Assembly: GCF_036971445.1 (NCBI RefSeq)
Contig: NC_091474.1
Location: 77,624,001 to 77,688,000, forward strand
DNA length: 64,000 nucleotides
Source of the DNA: Narcine bancroftii
Taxonomy: Eukaryota
Direction of reading: 5' to 3'
The first letter of the stretch is position 1; each line of letters opens with the position of its first letter. Shown piece by piece: positions 25,087-38,324 of this stretch. The notes beneath the pieces were generated by a model. That model was not told the origin of the DNA. It saw only the letters and a program-made list of their open reading frames with translations, and did no database searches. Made by a program: the position numbers and the translations under genes.

Positions 25087-25245
25087 CTAGTTGTATTTTG
25101 TTTCTTTAACTTTGCCATCAGCTTCAGCTGGCTCCATTTTTTGTCCCGTTAGGAAGGTCCAGATACCTCCTCTGTAATTCGGATTTCCTAATGCATAGAC
25201 AAAAGCGTTGGCTATGGGGGAAGTCTTTGCAAGGATGGCAGGAAG
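25087..25245 (-). CDS. RGR: RGR opsin exon 7 (LPAILAKTSP...KETKYN*)
   Basis: TM7 with the retinal-binding Lys (LAKTSP), AG acceptor at 25247-25246, and AATAAA at 24980-24975. Confidence 0.95.
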   Translation of the reverse strand, partial: LPAILAKTSPIANAFVYALGNPNYRGGIWTFLTGQKMEPAEADGKVKETKYN

Positions 25246-25804
25246 CTGGAAGCACAGATGTAAGTTAGAAGAGAACGAACTTTTCATTAGGTTTGAACTA
25301 AACTAATAGGAACAGCAAATACCTAGAGACCCCGCAGGAGTCAGTGTTCCAAAGGTGTGACTGTTTCAAATCAAAAGTGAAGATTTAAAATTAAAAATTT
25401 TAAATTTATTTACTTTTAACAATAACTTAGATATAGACATACAGAGAGGGCCAATGAACCCCTCCTGCCCAATTACATCAAATTGACCTACAACCCCGGC
25501 TCGTTACGAACAGTGCGAGGAAACCGGAGCCCCCAGGAAAACCCATGCAGACCCGGGAAAACATACAAACTCCTACAGATCATACGGGATTGAAACCCCA
25601 GTCCCCATTGCTAGCACTGTAACAGCGTTATACTAACCCTGTGCCAGATTTCTTTGCAATTTTGCAGTTTGCTTGGCTGTAATCCGTACAATATTTCAAA
25701 AATAATTTCCAAAGGACTTGTAAACTTTTTTTTCAATCAGATGAGGACTTTGTTAACAAGCACTTGCTTCCAAATCTTAATTGCCCTCAAGAGAATGACC
25801 TTCT

Positions 25805-28719
25805 AGAGAAGGAATCACGTGATGGAGTAGTGGCCGGTCGGGAAAACCAGCCATCTCTAGGAAAATAGGAAAAAAGTTAGGAAAAAGCAAAGTATAATAA
25901 AAATAGAATATAAGAAATAGAAGATAAAGATGCAGAGAAGAGAAAGAAGATGGCTTCCAAGAAGGAGAAAGTAAGAACAACTGGAAAAAAAAGGTAAAAA
26001 AGTCGCCGGAGAAGAAAGAAGAAGGCCTTACCTGCAGGAAGGAACAGGACGCTGTACTGATGAGGAGTGCCCAACTCTCGAGATCAGTGCCTGCTCTGCG
26101 GATTCATGGCCCACCAGCCACTGCACTACAAAAATGGTTCTCGGAGCCAAACAAAGTGTGCAGTGCGCAATCAAAGGAGAAAGAGGACACTGGCGGGAGA
26201 GGGGCTCAGCAGAGGAGCGGGCTGTCACAGAGCGAGGAGCTGAGGGACGCCCGACACCAGGGCTCTCAGCTGGAGGTCAAGGAACAACAGACGAGCAGCA
26301 CAGGAGGGAGGACCAGCAACAAGAGGCCCAGCAACAAGAGGCCCAGCAACAAGAGATACAAACAGCTCATCAGGAAAAACAGAAGAGACATCGACACAAA
26401 GAAGAGAAGAAGACACAAACACAGATACAGACACAGAAGAAGAGGAAGAAGAAGACCAAGATTTTCACAGAGAAATAAAAGGTAAAACTGATGAACAGAA
26501 TATAGATAAAGTCATTTTTGAAGAACCAATGAGGTCACTAAAAGAATGGTTGTCATTAGAATTTAATGCAATTAAAAGGAAAATGAAAAGAACAGAAGAT
26601 AAAATGCAAAGGTTAGAACTGGTAATGACAGAAATAGGGAAAAGAGTAGAGAATGTGGAAGAGCGGGAAACGGCTGTAGAAATGGAAGTGAATGACTTAA
26701 GAGAAAAATTGGAAGAAAGTGACAAAAAAAAATTAAAGAGACACAAGAGTTGTTATCTCAGAAAATTGATATGTTGGAAAATTATAGGAGGCGAAACAAC
26801 ATAAAAATAGTGGGCCTGAAGGAGGGTGAAGAAGGCACAGACATGAAGGAATTTATAAAAGGATGGATCCCAAAGGTCCTGGGAATGACAGAAATGCAGG
26901 AAGAAATGGAAATAGGAAGGGCACCCAGAGCATTAGCTCCGAAACCACAAGCACATCAAAAATCAAGATCCATCTTAGTAAAATTATTTGAGACACATGA
27001 CAAGAGAAAATATACTGGAACGGGCAAGGAATAAAATTAGAGAAGATAATAAACCACTGGAATACAAGGGTCAAAAAATATTTTTTTACCCAGACATAAG
27101 TTTTAAACTCTTAAAGAGGAGGAAGGAATTTAATACAGTGAAATCAACTTTATGGAAAAAAGGTTACAAATTCATATTAAGACATCCAGCCGTGCTTAAA
27201 ATATTTATACCCGGGGAGCAAAACAGACTGTTCTCAGATCCAGAGAAAGCGCAAGAATTCGCAGAACGTTTGCAGGACAGAAGAGATGTAACAAGAATGA
27301 AGAATGGCGATGAAGTATATTTAAAGATGTAAAAACAATGTATATGTAAAGAACTAAAGAGGGAAAAGAGAAGGGAAGGAAGGGAGTAAGGGTAAAAAAA
27401 AGAAGAGAGAGAGCTTTGTTATATATGTTAAAAAAGTGTTTTCTGGAGAGGGCTGGGTAGAGGGGGAATACACAACAGGATAACCGTCACTGCAAAATCA
27501 GTTGACACTGTGAACAAGATTGCAATCCAAATGAAAAGGGGAGTTGTGGTTGCCCGGAAAGGGATATGGGGAAACTCAGAGAGGGGGGATCTTTTGGGGT
27601 TAAGGTATTAGAGGATGTGGGAACTGCGGGGGTACTTTATGTCTTAAATGTGTTGTCATACATTAAGTGTAATAAGAGAAAACTAAGAGATGAAAATGGG
27701 GAAAAGAGGGATGGAGGTGGCGAAGAGGTGGAAAAGAGCTGTATGCAAGATATGATGGCCATGTTGAACTATATGATTATAAACATTAATGGAATACATA
27801 ACCAAATTAAAAGGAAGAGTTTACCAAACTTATTGAAGAAGGAAAAAATAGATATAGCATTTGTGCAGGAAACGCATCTAACTGAAGCGGAACATAACAA
27901 ACTAAAGAGAGACTGGGTAGGACAGGTAGCAGAAGCATCCTATAACTCAAAAGCTAGAGGTGTAGCCATACTAGTTAACAAAAATATACTAATCAAAATA
28001 GAGGAGGAAATAATAGATCTGGCAGGGAGGTATGCAATGATAAAGTGTCAGATATTCTCAGAATTTTGGAATTTGCTCAATATATATACGCCTAACGAGG
28101 AGGATCAAAAGTTTATGCAGGATATTTTTTTTTCTTGAAGATTGCAGTCACACAAGGAAATATATTGATAGGAGGGGATTTTAACCTTAATTTGGATCCA
28201 ATGTTGGATAAAACTGGACAAAAGACAAGTCAAAAGAATAAAGTAGCCAAATTTATGGTTAAATCAATGCAGGAAATGGAAATGAATAAATGTATTCGAT
28301 TGGAAAAAATAACATATCATTTAAAAAATAAAGTCACAATGTTTGAGCTAATTTGGGAACCATACATGGAACATATCAGAGAGAGCTTGCCTACGACCTC
28401 CATCCCCTAAAATGAGAATGAAAATGATAAGAAGACAAAACGACTAGATTCAATGTGTAATAAATAGATGACGCATTTTTCTTGTTAATTTTCCTTTGTG
28501 TGAAAATATTGTTTTATGGTCTTATTGTATTGTATATGTTGAATATTTATGGATTTTGGAGGGGGGTGGGTAGAGGGGAGGGATGGAAAGGGTGGGGGGG
28601 GGGAAAAGGGGAAAAAAACGGGAGAAAAGACCACTGTGTAAATTTAATGAGAAACATTTGAACATATTTTGGTTGATATGGTTCATAGTGTGAAAAATTA
28701 AAAAAAAATATAAAGAAAT
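25805..28719 (+). mobile_element. L1-clade LINE with 5' UTR, frameshifted ORF1 (about 25950-27330) and internally deleted ORF2; 16-bp TSD
   Basis: ORF1 ENYRRRNNIKIVGL.EG.EG and RSILVK motifs; APE endonuclease NINGI, DIAFVQETH and GGDFN; A-rich tail; TSD aagagaatgaccttct (25789-25804) / aagggaatgaccttct (28720-28735). Confidence 0.92.
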
Positions 28720-30129
28720 AAGGGAATGACCTTCTCGACCTGCTCCAATACCTTAAGTAAATACACTCTAACAGTGATGTTGGGAATTTTAGATTTAGAC
28801 CCAGTGAGGATGGAGGAACAATAATATATTTACAAGTCAGACTTGGAGGAGGAGAGAAGATGCAGGTATAGTAATCCTGTCTGTCTTCTTGGAATGTGTT
28901 TAGAAATCTCAGTTAAAAAAGCTTTAATATTTAAAAAAAAAACTGCAATGCATTCTTTAGGTGGTACACACTGCAGCCCCAGTACATGAAGGTGTGAATG
29001 TTTAGGTTGATGAACTGTGCACCAATCAATCAAGCTACCAAAAGTAGTACTCAGCTAGACAACCAGAAGCTCACCAGAACTGTCAATGCCCAGGACAGGG
29101 CGAGACTACGCCCTGTGCACCATGGGTACCAGACCACTCCTACAAGGAGGGGTATCTCAAGAAAGCAGTCTCTATCCTCAAAGACCTCCACCACCCAGGC
29201 CATGTCCTCTGACACTGCTACCATTGGGAAGGAGGTACAGGAGCCTAAAGACAAATACCCTGTGGCACAGAAATAGCATCTTCCCCTCTGCCATTAGATT
29301 TCTAAATAGACAATAAACTATAGACACTACCTCACTTCCTCATCGTTTGCATTAATATATTTATTTTTAAAATGTAATTCACAGCAATATTTGCACTGCA
29401 ATGCAATAAATCTCTTGACCTGTTCATGACAATAAATTCTGATTCAGAGTATTTCATCTGACAGGATTTTTTTCAAATATTTAAAAAAACTTCAAGGAAT
29501 CACTTGGAAGTAAAACACGAAAGTCTGCAGACACCATGGTTGTAGTAAAGACACAGAGCAGGAGAAACTCAGCAGGTCAAACAGGTAATGTGGAATGGAA
29601 GTGAGTCTGGGTAAGTACATGGTACATAAGTTCCCTGATGAAGGGCTCAAACCCAAAACATTGGTTATGTATCTTTATCTTTGCTCCATAAAGTACACTG
29701 TTGAGTTTCTCAAGGAATCATTTGCTGAGACTTGTGTCACAGTACTTTCATTGTCTAGTGAAGGTTCTAGTCAATTATGGTTCATGGGATGTTACTGGTA
29801 GAAGTTCAGTGACTGATCATTAAGTATGGATAATTGGACTGTCTCATTGAAGGTCAGTGGTATTACTATCACTGAGTTCCCACCAGTAAGATCCCACGAA
29901 CATTGCACTTCTGTCGGGCAATTCTCTTTAGAGATACAGAACGGTACAGGCCCTTCTGGCCCATGAGCCCATGCTGCTCAAATATACCAATTAACGTACA
30001 AACCCCTTATGTTTTTTGGAGGGTGGAAAGAAACACATGTGGTCCGAGGGAGAACATACAAACTCCTTACAGACAGCGAAAATTTGAACCTGGGTCGCTG
30101 GCGCTGCAATAACTGTTACAGAAAGAATT

Positions 30130-30970
30130 ATTAAGATTCTGCTGCACCTTTACAGAGTATTAGTGAGACCACACCCAGCATGTAGTTCTGGTCTCCTTGA
30201 GAAAAGGTACACTGGCTTTGGAGGCAGTCCAGGGGAGGTTCATCGGGTTGATTCCAGAGTTGAGGGGTTAATCTATGAGGAGAGATTGTGCTGCCTGGAA
30301 CTGTACTCACCGGAATTCAGAAAAATGACAGGGCATCTAATTGAAAGATTTAAGAGATAGATATGATCGAAGATTGAATATTGTTTCCACTGGTAGATGA
30401 GACCAGAATGAGGGACACAGCCTCAAGATTCAAAGGAGTAGGTTTTTAGAACATAAAACATTACAACACAGGCCGAAAATGTTGTGCTGACTCAACAGTC
30501 TAAACCGTCCCTACTTCACATCCATAATTGTCTATTTCATTTGCCTCCATGTGCCTGTCTGAGAGTCTTTTAACCCTTTGGACTCTGGCCATTTTTAACC
30601 TTCCATAATATATACTCTGGACTGGGACCATGGGTAAACTTCAGTAAGAACACCAGTATGAACTAGCTGGTGGTTGGATATAAAACCAGTCCTGGCAAAT
30701 CAGGACACAGAACATATGCACATGTTGGTAGTCACTAAAAACTGGGACATGGAGTCCAGAGGGTTAAATGCCCCATTGTACCAGCCTTCACCACCACCAC
30801 TGACAATGCATTCCAGGCATCTACTATTCTGTGTACAAAAAAATAACCTACCCCTGATGTCTCCCCTAAACTTTCTTCCCTTCACCTTAAACAGATGTCC
30901 TCTGGTATTGGCTGCTGTCACTCTGGGAAAAGGATGCTGACTGTCCACCCTATCTATGCCTCTCAGAAAT
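30130..30970. mobile_element. Two CR1 fragments, plus (30130-30445) and minus (30450-30970)
   Basis: LVRPH, GLIYEERL and TRGH.FKVKG.KFRGD.RG..F motifs. Confidence 0.7.
30574..30763. mobile_element. piggyBac-type MITE (190 bp) inserted into a CR1 remnant
   Basis: TTAA|CCCTTTGGACTC ... GAGTCCAGAGGG|TTAA. Confidence 0.88.
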
Positions 30971-31354
30971 TAAGTCCCCCCCTCATCCTGCTAACCTTGT
31001 ACGTTTTTCATTCCAGAAAGCATCCTGGTAAATCTCCTCTGCACCCTCTCCATCCTTCCTGTAACGAAGACCTGAACACAATATTCCAAGTAAGAAAAGG
31101 GTGACCAATGTTTCAGACCTGGGCCCATGGGTAATGAAGGGGCCAGGCTCTGAATGTTGGTTACTCTTTACTTCCTAAAGATTCTCCAGCACCTTTGACC
31201 CCAGAATCAGCAAATGTTGTTGTTTAACTCTTTGGGGTGTTCCCTACTGCTCTGATGCAGTTACATTTTGGGCAGAGATAGCTAACTAACTAGCCCACCT
31301 TAATCTTGCCTTGCTCACGGCTTTCTCAAAATACCTATACACAATTTTACTTAC

Positions 31355-31468
31355 CATTCTGAGTTTTGGAGATAAGACCGTCACATTCTCAATGACAGCA
31401 TACATGCAGAGAAGGCTATATGGGCCCCAGCAAATGAGAAGGATTTTCATAGGCAGTGCTGTATTAAA
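31355..31468 (-). CDS. RGR: RGR exon 6 (FNTALPMKILLICWGPYSLLCMYAVIENVTVLSPKLRM), 114 bp
   Basis: TM6 CWGPY motif, AG and GTAAGT sites, phase 0/0. Confidence 0.95.
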
Positions 31469-31857
31469 CTAACCAGAAACAAAAGAATTGAGTTAGCTTG
31501 GTTCAAATTATCAAACAATAGCATCAGATAAAACAAGAACCATATATTTTAAGTGCAGAACCAGTAAATCCCTATACTGCACGCTCCCTAACTTCACTCG
31601 GTTTTATTTAATACAGATATCATCATTTAAAGCTAACGCATTATTACTGGCTGATCTTTGAGCAGTTTTCTTTAGCTTTGCCACCTTTCTTTATGAGCCT
31701 TTCACCTCCTCTTTGATCACCAGATAAAGGAGCAGAAATAGGCCCATCGGCCAATTCTGATCATGAGCTGTCCCATCCTCCCACTGAGTCCCTCTCCCCA
31801 TAATCCATGATGCCCTGACCAATCAAATACCTGTCAATCTCTACCTTAAATACACAA

Positions 31858-34800
31858 CAGGATAACCGTCACTGCAAAATCACTTGATGCTGCGAACAAG
31901 ATCGCAATCCAAATGAAAACGGGAGTTGTGGTTGCCCGGCAAGGAATATGGGGCAACTCAGAGAGGGGAGGGGATCTTTTGGGGTTAAGGTATTAGAGGA
32001 TGTGGGAACTGCGGGGGTACTTTATGTCTTAAATGTGTTGTCATACATTAAGTGTAATAAGAGAAAACTAAGAGATGAAAATGGGGAAAAGGGGGATGGA
32101 GGTGGCGAAGAGGTGGAAAAGAGGTGTATGTAAGATATAAGATGGCCATGTTGAACTATATGACTATAAACCAAATTAAAAGGAAGAGGCTACCAAATTT
32201 ATTGAAGAAGGAAAAAATAGATATAGCTGTGGTGCGCTGTTAGCTAGAATCAGACACACACAAGGTAAGACTGTACAACAGGCTTTAATCCACAAAGACT
32301 TCCACAGACCCAGGCTGGCTGTGGCTGGCCGGCGGATGCTTACATCCCAGAGGGTGATTGACACCCAACCGGGTGGGGCTTGATCCATTCTGGCCAACTG
32401 ATTGACAGCCGGCCAGGTGTTGTCGTGTCCCCTTACACTCCTGCAGGTACACAGGTTGTTCCCTGCAGTAGGCCAGTGGTGTACCACAACAATAGCATTT
32501 GTGCAGGAAATGCATTTAACTGAAAAGGAACATAACAAACTAAAGAGAGACTGGGTAGGACACGTAATGGCAGCATCCTATAATTAAAAAGCTAGAGATG
32601 TAGCCATACTAGTCAACAAAAATGTACCAATCAAAATAGAGGAGGAAATAATAGATCCGGCAGGGAGGTATGCAATGATAAAGTGTCAGGTATACTCAGA
32701 ATTTTGGAATTTGCTCAATATATACGCACCTAACGAGGAGGATCAAACGTTTATGCAGGATATTTTTTGGAAGATTGCAGACACACAAGGAAATATATTG
32801 ATAGGAGGGGATTTTAACCTTAATTTGGACCCAATGTTGGATAAAACTGGAAAAAAGACAAGCAAAAAGAATAAAATAGCCAAATATATGGTTAAATCAA
32901 TGCAGGAAATGAAACTTATGGATATATGGAGGAGGCAACACCCAAGAGAGAAGGAATTTTCATATTATTCGAGTAGGCACAAAATTTACCTAAGGATTGA
33001 TATGTTTTTGTTGACTAGACTACTATCAGATCATTCACCCCTATTATTAGTAATAGAACTGGAGGACATCCCACCAAGAACATATAGATGGAGGTTAAAC
33101 TCTGTGCTACTTAAAAGACAGGAATTTAGGGAGTTTATTGAATGCCAAATTAAAACATATTTTGAAATAAACACAGGATCAGTGAAAGACAAATTTATAT
33201 TATGGGACACAATGAAAGCCTTCATTAGAGGGCAGATAATAATTTATGTGACTAAGATGAAAAGGGATTACAATCACGAAATAGAGCAGTTGGAAAGGGA
33301 GATAGTAAGTACAGAAAAGGAATTAGTAAAAAAGGATGATATAATGAAAAGGAGAGAATTGGCGGACAAAAAAATTAAATACGAAACATTACAAATGTAC
33401 AAGGTGGAGAAGAATATAATGAAAACAAAGCAAAAGTATTACGAATTGGGAAAAAAACACATAAAATATTGGCCTGGCAACTTAAAACAGAACAAGCTAA
33501 AAGAACAATACTGGCATCAAGGAAAAAAGGACAAACAAATTACATATAATCCAACAGAGATTAATGAAAACTTCAAAGAATTTTATGAACAATTGTATCA
33601 AACTGAGAATGAGGGGAAAGATGATAAAATAGAGGAATTTTTAGCTAAAACTGAACTACCAAAATTGCAAGAAGAGGAACAAAACAAACTAATAAAACCA
33701 TTTGAAATAGAGGAAGTACAGGATATATTAAAAAAGCTGCCGAACAATAAAACGTCTGGAGAGGATGGATTTCCAATCGAATTTTATAAAACATTTAAAG
33801 AGTTATTAATTCTTCCTCTCCTGGAAGTAATGAACCAGATAGAAGAAACACAAAACTTGCTAGATTCATGTAAGACAGCAATAATTACAGTAATACCAAA
33901 GACAGGGAAGGACCTATTAACACCAGCATCATATTGACCAATAACTCTACTTAACTCAGACTATAAGATAATAGCAAAATTATTAGCAAGCAGATTGGCC
34001 GATTGTGTACCTAAAATAGTAAAACTAGATCAAACTGGATTTATTAAGAAAAGACGAACAGCGGACAATGTCTGCAAGCTTATTAATCTAATCCACGTAG
34101 TTCAAGGAAATAAGAAACCAACAGTGGCTGTTGCTCTAGACGCAGAAAAATCCTTTGACAGAGTAGAGTGGAACTACTTATTTAAAGTATAACAGAAGTT
34201 CAATCGACCAGAAAAATATATAAATTGGATTAAAGCATTGTATAATGGACCATTGACGAAGGTAGCAGTAAATGGATATGTATCGAGTCACTTTAAATTA
34301 AGTAGGTCAACTAGACAGGGATGTCCACTATCCCCATCATTGTTCACCTTAGCAATAGAACCTTTGGCAGAACTGATAAGAATGGAAATTAAAATAAAAG
34401 GGATAAAAATAATCGAGGAGGAGTATAAAATCAGTTTATTTGCAGATGACATCATAGTATACCTAACCGAACCAGAGATATCAATAAAAGAATTACATAA
34501 GAAATTGAAGATCAATGCAAATAAAAGTGAAGTGATGCCAATAAGTAATGCAGACTATACAGAATTTAAAAAAAAATCACCTTTTAAATGGCAAACACAA
34601 GCAATCCGATACCTAGGGATCAGGTTAGATAATAACTTAAGCCACTCGAACAAACTAAATTATCAGCCTCTAATAAAGAAATTGCAGGAAGACTTAGAAC
34701 ATTGGAAAGAATTACCGCTAATGTTGATAGGGAGGGTAAACTGCATTAAAATGAACGTGTTCCCAAGGTTACAATACTTATTTCAAACATTACCAGTTCC

Positions 34801-36393
34801 CTTAACAGAAAAATTCTTCAAGGAACTAAAGAGAATAATAAGGAAATTCTTGTGGAAAGGGAGGAATCCAAGGGTAGCATTAGATAAATTAGCAGAGAGG
34901 TATAATCAAGGTGGTTTGCAGTTACCAAATTTTAGAAATTATTATAGAGCCGCACAATTAAGGTATTTATCAGATTTTTACCAGACAAGGGAAAAACCAG
35001 ACTGGACTAAGATAGAACTAGATAAAATAGGGGAGAAGGTACCGGAACATAAACTTCATAAGTGGGATGAAAAGCTGGTGCAATATAAAACCTCACCAGT
35101 ACTGCATCATTTACTTAACACATGGAAGAAGATCCACTTAGAAAGGAAAAAAACGAATAATCAAATACCAAAATTACTATTGATGCAAAATCCACTAATC
35201 CCTTTTACAATAGACAACCTTTCCTTTAGAGAATGGAAGAGAAAAGGAATCAAAAGAATAGAAAATTGTTTTTTGGGGAATAATTTATTAACATTTGAAC
35301 AGTTGAAATACAAATATGGAATAACTCATGGTACAATGTTTGCATATCATCAATTGAAAGCTTATTTAAAGGATAAATTGGGAAACACATTGAGATTACC
35401 TGAAGGAAGCAGCTTTGAATATGTGATTACAGACACAATGATAATTAAAAGATTTATAACCAACATGTACATTAAGCTGCAAGATAAGGAAAATGAAATA
35501 AACTATAAACCTAAGCAGAAGTGGGAAAAGGATCTAAACAAAAAGATAAAAAATGAAGTATGGGATGTTATGTTCTGGAACTATGAAGAATACAATAAAC
35601 ACAAGGTTACACATGATACAGTATAATTGGTTACACAGGGTATATATCACTCCTCAAAAATTAAAAAAATGGGATTCAACATTATCGGATAGATGTTTTC
35701 GCTGTAAGAAGGAAATGGGAACAATATTATATGCCACTTGGGCATGAACAAAAGTGAATACGTTTTGGGAAGAATTAAATCAGATACTAAATAAAATTAC
35801 AAAAAATAACATACCAAAAAAACCAGAGATATTTCTTTTAAGTAACATAAGAAGTAGAGAATTAGGCCTCAAAATGGATAAAGTGCAAAAAATATTCATT
35901 ATGATATCCTTAGTGACAGCAAAAAAATTTATAATGTCAACTTGGAAAATGAAAGAGAGCCTGAGTATAAAGCAATGGTACATGGAGATAAATAAATATA
36001 TTCGATTGGAAAAAAATAACATATAATTTAAAAAATAAAGTCACAATGTTTGAACAAATTTGGGAACCATACATGGAACATATCAGAGAGAGCTTGCCTA
36101 TGACCTCCATCCCCTAGAATGAGAATGAAAATGATAAGGAGACAAAATGGCTAGATTCAGTGTGATGACACATTTTTCTTGTTTACTTTCCTTTGTGTGA
36201 AGATATTGTTTTATGGTTTTATTATATTGTCTATGTTGAATATTTATCAGTTTTGGAGGGGGGGTGGGTATAAGGGAGGGAGGGAAAGGGGAAAAAAGGG
36301 AGAAAAGACCACTGTGTAAATTTAATGAGAAATGTTTGAACATATTTTGGTTGATATGGTTCATAGTGTGAAAAATAAAAAAATATTTAAAAA
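31858..36393 (+). mobile_element. 5'-truncated L1-clade LINE with near-complete but disrupted ORF2 (EN + RT + C-terminal); 10-bp TSD
   Basis: GGDFN, SDH, G.DGF, ALDAEK.FDRVEW, TRQGCPLSP, LFADD and YLGI motifs; TSD aaatacacaa (31848-31857 / 36394-36403) at a TT|AAAT site. Confidence 0.95.
32228..32491 (-). mobile_element. Solo LTR inserted in the L1 endonuclease region
   Basis: TG...CA ends, 5-bp TSD atagc (32223-32227 / 32492-32496), and ATTAAA on the minus strand. It interrupts the DIA|FVQE sequence that is intact in the other L1 copy. Confidence 0.85.
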
Positions 36394-37989
36394 AAATACA
36401 CAATTGCTAGACTTAAGGGAATCTTCCTTCCTGTCAAGGTAAATTAACCGAGATTCCTAAACCCGCTCTTTCTTCTCCCCACTTCAACCAGTTGAGCTTG
36501 GGATCATGAAACTTCAAATTTAGGGGCAGTTTCTTTCCTGCTGTGATCAGATTCATAAATGAACCTCTCTTTGGTATAAGATGATAGTCTTGCCCTGCTT
36601 TTAACTGTTTTGCTGGTGAGAAGGAGAAGCATAGGATATAACTCTAAAGGATGGTGTCCATGCCAATGGACTAGAGAGGCGCTCAGCGGCTGAAGGCCAC
36701 TCAGCACCCAACTGTATTGCAGTCTTTTTCTCCCACTTCATTGGCCTTCCTTCATTGTTGCTAAGTTGAATGGCACCCCAGTCAGTGCTTGGTTGAATGT
36801 AAGTGTTAGTCACATCTTAATCTTGAAAAGAAAGTTACAAATCACTGCAAAATAATTTTCCACTTCCTCGAGCTTTATATGAAAACCAATCTGAGTGCCA
36901 TGCAGTCTGTCAATTGTTTTTAATTCTGGTGTCTGAAATGGCTCAAAATTGGGACGATATGATTAGCGTAGCAGCTCGTGCAAAGCTGTTTCAGCACCAG
37001 CGATCCTGCGCTGTCTGTAACAAGTTTGTATGTTCTCCCCGTGTCTGTGTGGGTTTACTCTGGGTGCTCATCCTTCAAAATGTACTGAGGGTTGGAGGTC
37101 ATTTGGGTGTAATTTGGTGGCATGGGTTCATGGGCCAGAAGGGCCTGTAACTATGCTGTATGACTAAATTTAAAAAAAATGAAATTTGATCCTTTAGCTT
37201 TGGAGTTTGGAGCCACATGAATGGGATGAAAACCTCTTTACATAAATGGGTGTCTCAAGATAAATGACCAGTACAATATCAGAATATCAGCCGCATCAAG
37301 AGAAGCTGCAGGAAGATTCATGAGAAGAGCTGGCTTTTACAGTAATAATTCATCATTCGAGTTGTGCTTTGGGAACTTTATTCACTATGTAATGAAATTA
37401 TGTCCATGAGAAATGCTAGTTTCTAACCTAGAAATTTTTTTGTTGCTGTGGAATAACTGAACCTCATGAACGCAAAAGAATAATTCAGAAAATATTCTTC
37501 AAGGTTCCTTTTATTAAAATGAAATATGCAAGATATACTTCAACTTTTGCCTGCTGTAAGGCAAACAAAGATTCATCAGAATACAGGGAATATTCTACTT
37601 GTATCTGGTGATCTATGCCAGTCCGCTGCTCCCCAGTAGTCCTCAACCCCTCATGATATGCTGCCCAGTATAGGCACTGCCATCTTGGGCACTAGTTAGC
37701 ACGGTTTAAAGCCTGTATGGAGCAGTTGGCATGAAGATCGGGCACTAGGATCCTGCAGACCATCGCTGTGCCACTTCTCCGTGCTCTCCCAGGTCTGCAT
37801 GAGAGGCAGCTCCGGTCTTGCCAACATTTTAATGTTCCTCCATGAACTTATGATGTTCATTTCATTCACTGGAGATTTAAAACATGAGGCTGAAACATAA
37901 TTTCAATCAGATAAAATGTGGAGATTTCTAAGAGAAGAAAATAATTTTAAACTGAAAATATACTGCTGAATCAATGAAAAGCTTTAAAG

Positions 37990-38153
37990 CAGGATGGCCA
38001 ACCTTTTAATTTTTAATTTAGACATACAGTACGGTAACAGGGCATTTTGGTTCCGGGGATATAGGTTAATTGGGCAGCACGGACTTGTGGGCCGAAATGG
38101 CTTGTTACCGTGATGGATATCTAAATAAAAAATTTAAAAGTTGTCCACCCCTG
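37990..38153. mobile_element. hAT-type MITE carrying inverted SINE tails
   Basis: TIRs caggatggccaaccttt / aaaagttgtccacccctg; 8-bp TSD ctttaaag / ctttaagg. Confidence 0.7.
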
Positions 38154-38206
38154 CTTTAAGGATTATTTGTCATGCTGTTACTCAGATTAAGTGTATTTTT
38201 TTTTAC

Positions 38207-38324
38207 CTTGACTTGTCCAGTTTTCTTGAATTTATTCGAACATGACTGGTAAGAAGTCAACAAGATGAAAAGTGGAAGGACAAATTCGAAAAGTGCCACA
38301 GGAATGAAGAATGAAACAAATTTT
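38207..38324 (-). CDS. RGR: RGR exon 5 (KFVSFFIPVALFEFVLPLFILLTSYQSCSNKFKKTGQVK), 118 bp
   Basis: TM5, canonical splice sites, and phases 2/0 consistent with the neighbouring exons. Confidence 0.93.

Noticed and set aside
26060-26485. Protamine-like Arg-rich ORF (KKRRRHKHRYRHRRRGRRR)
   Set aside because: It is an alternative frame of the purine-rich, frameshifted L1 ORF1 N-terminus, including a 15-bp triplicated unit.
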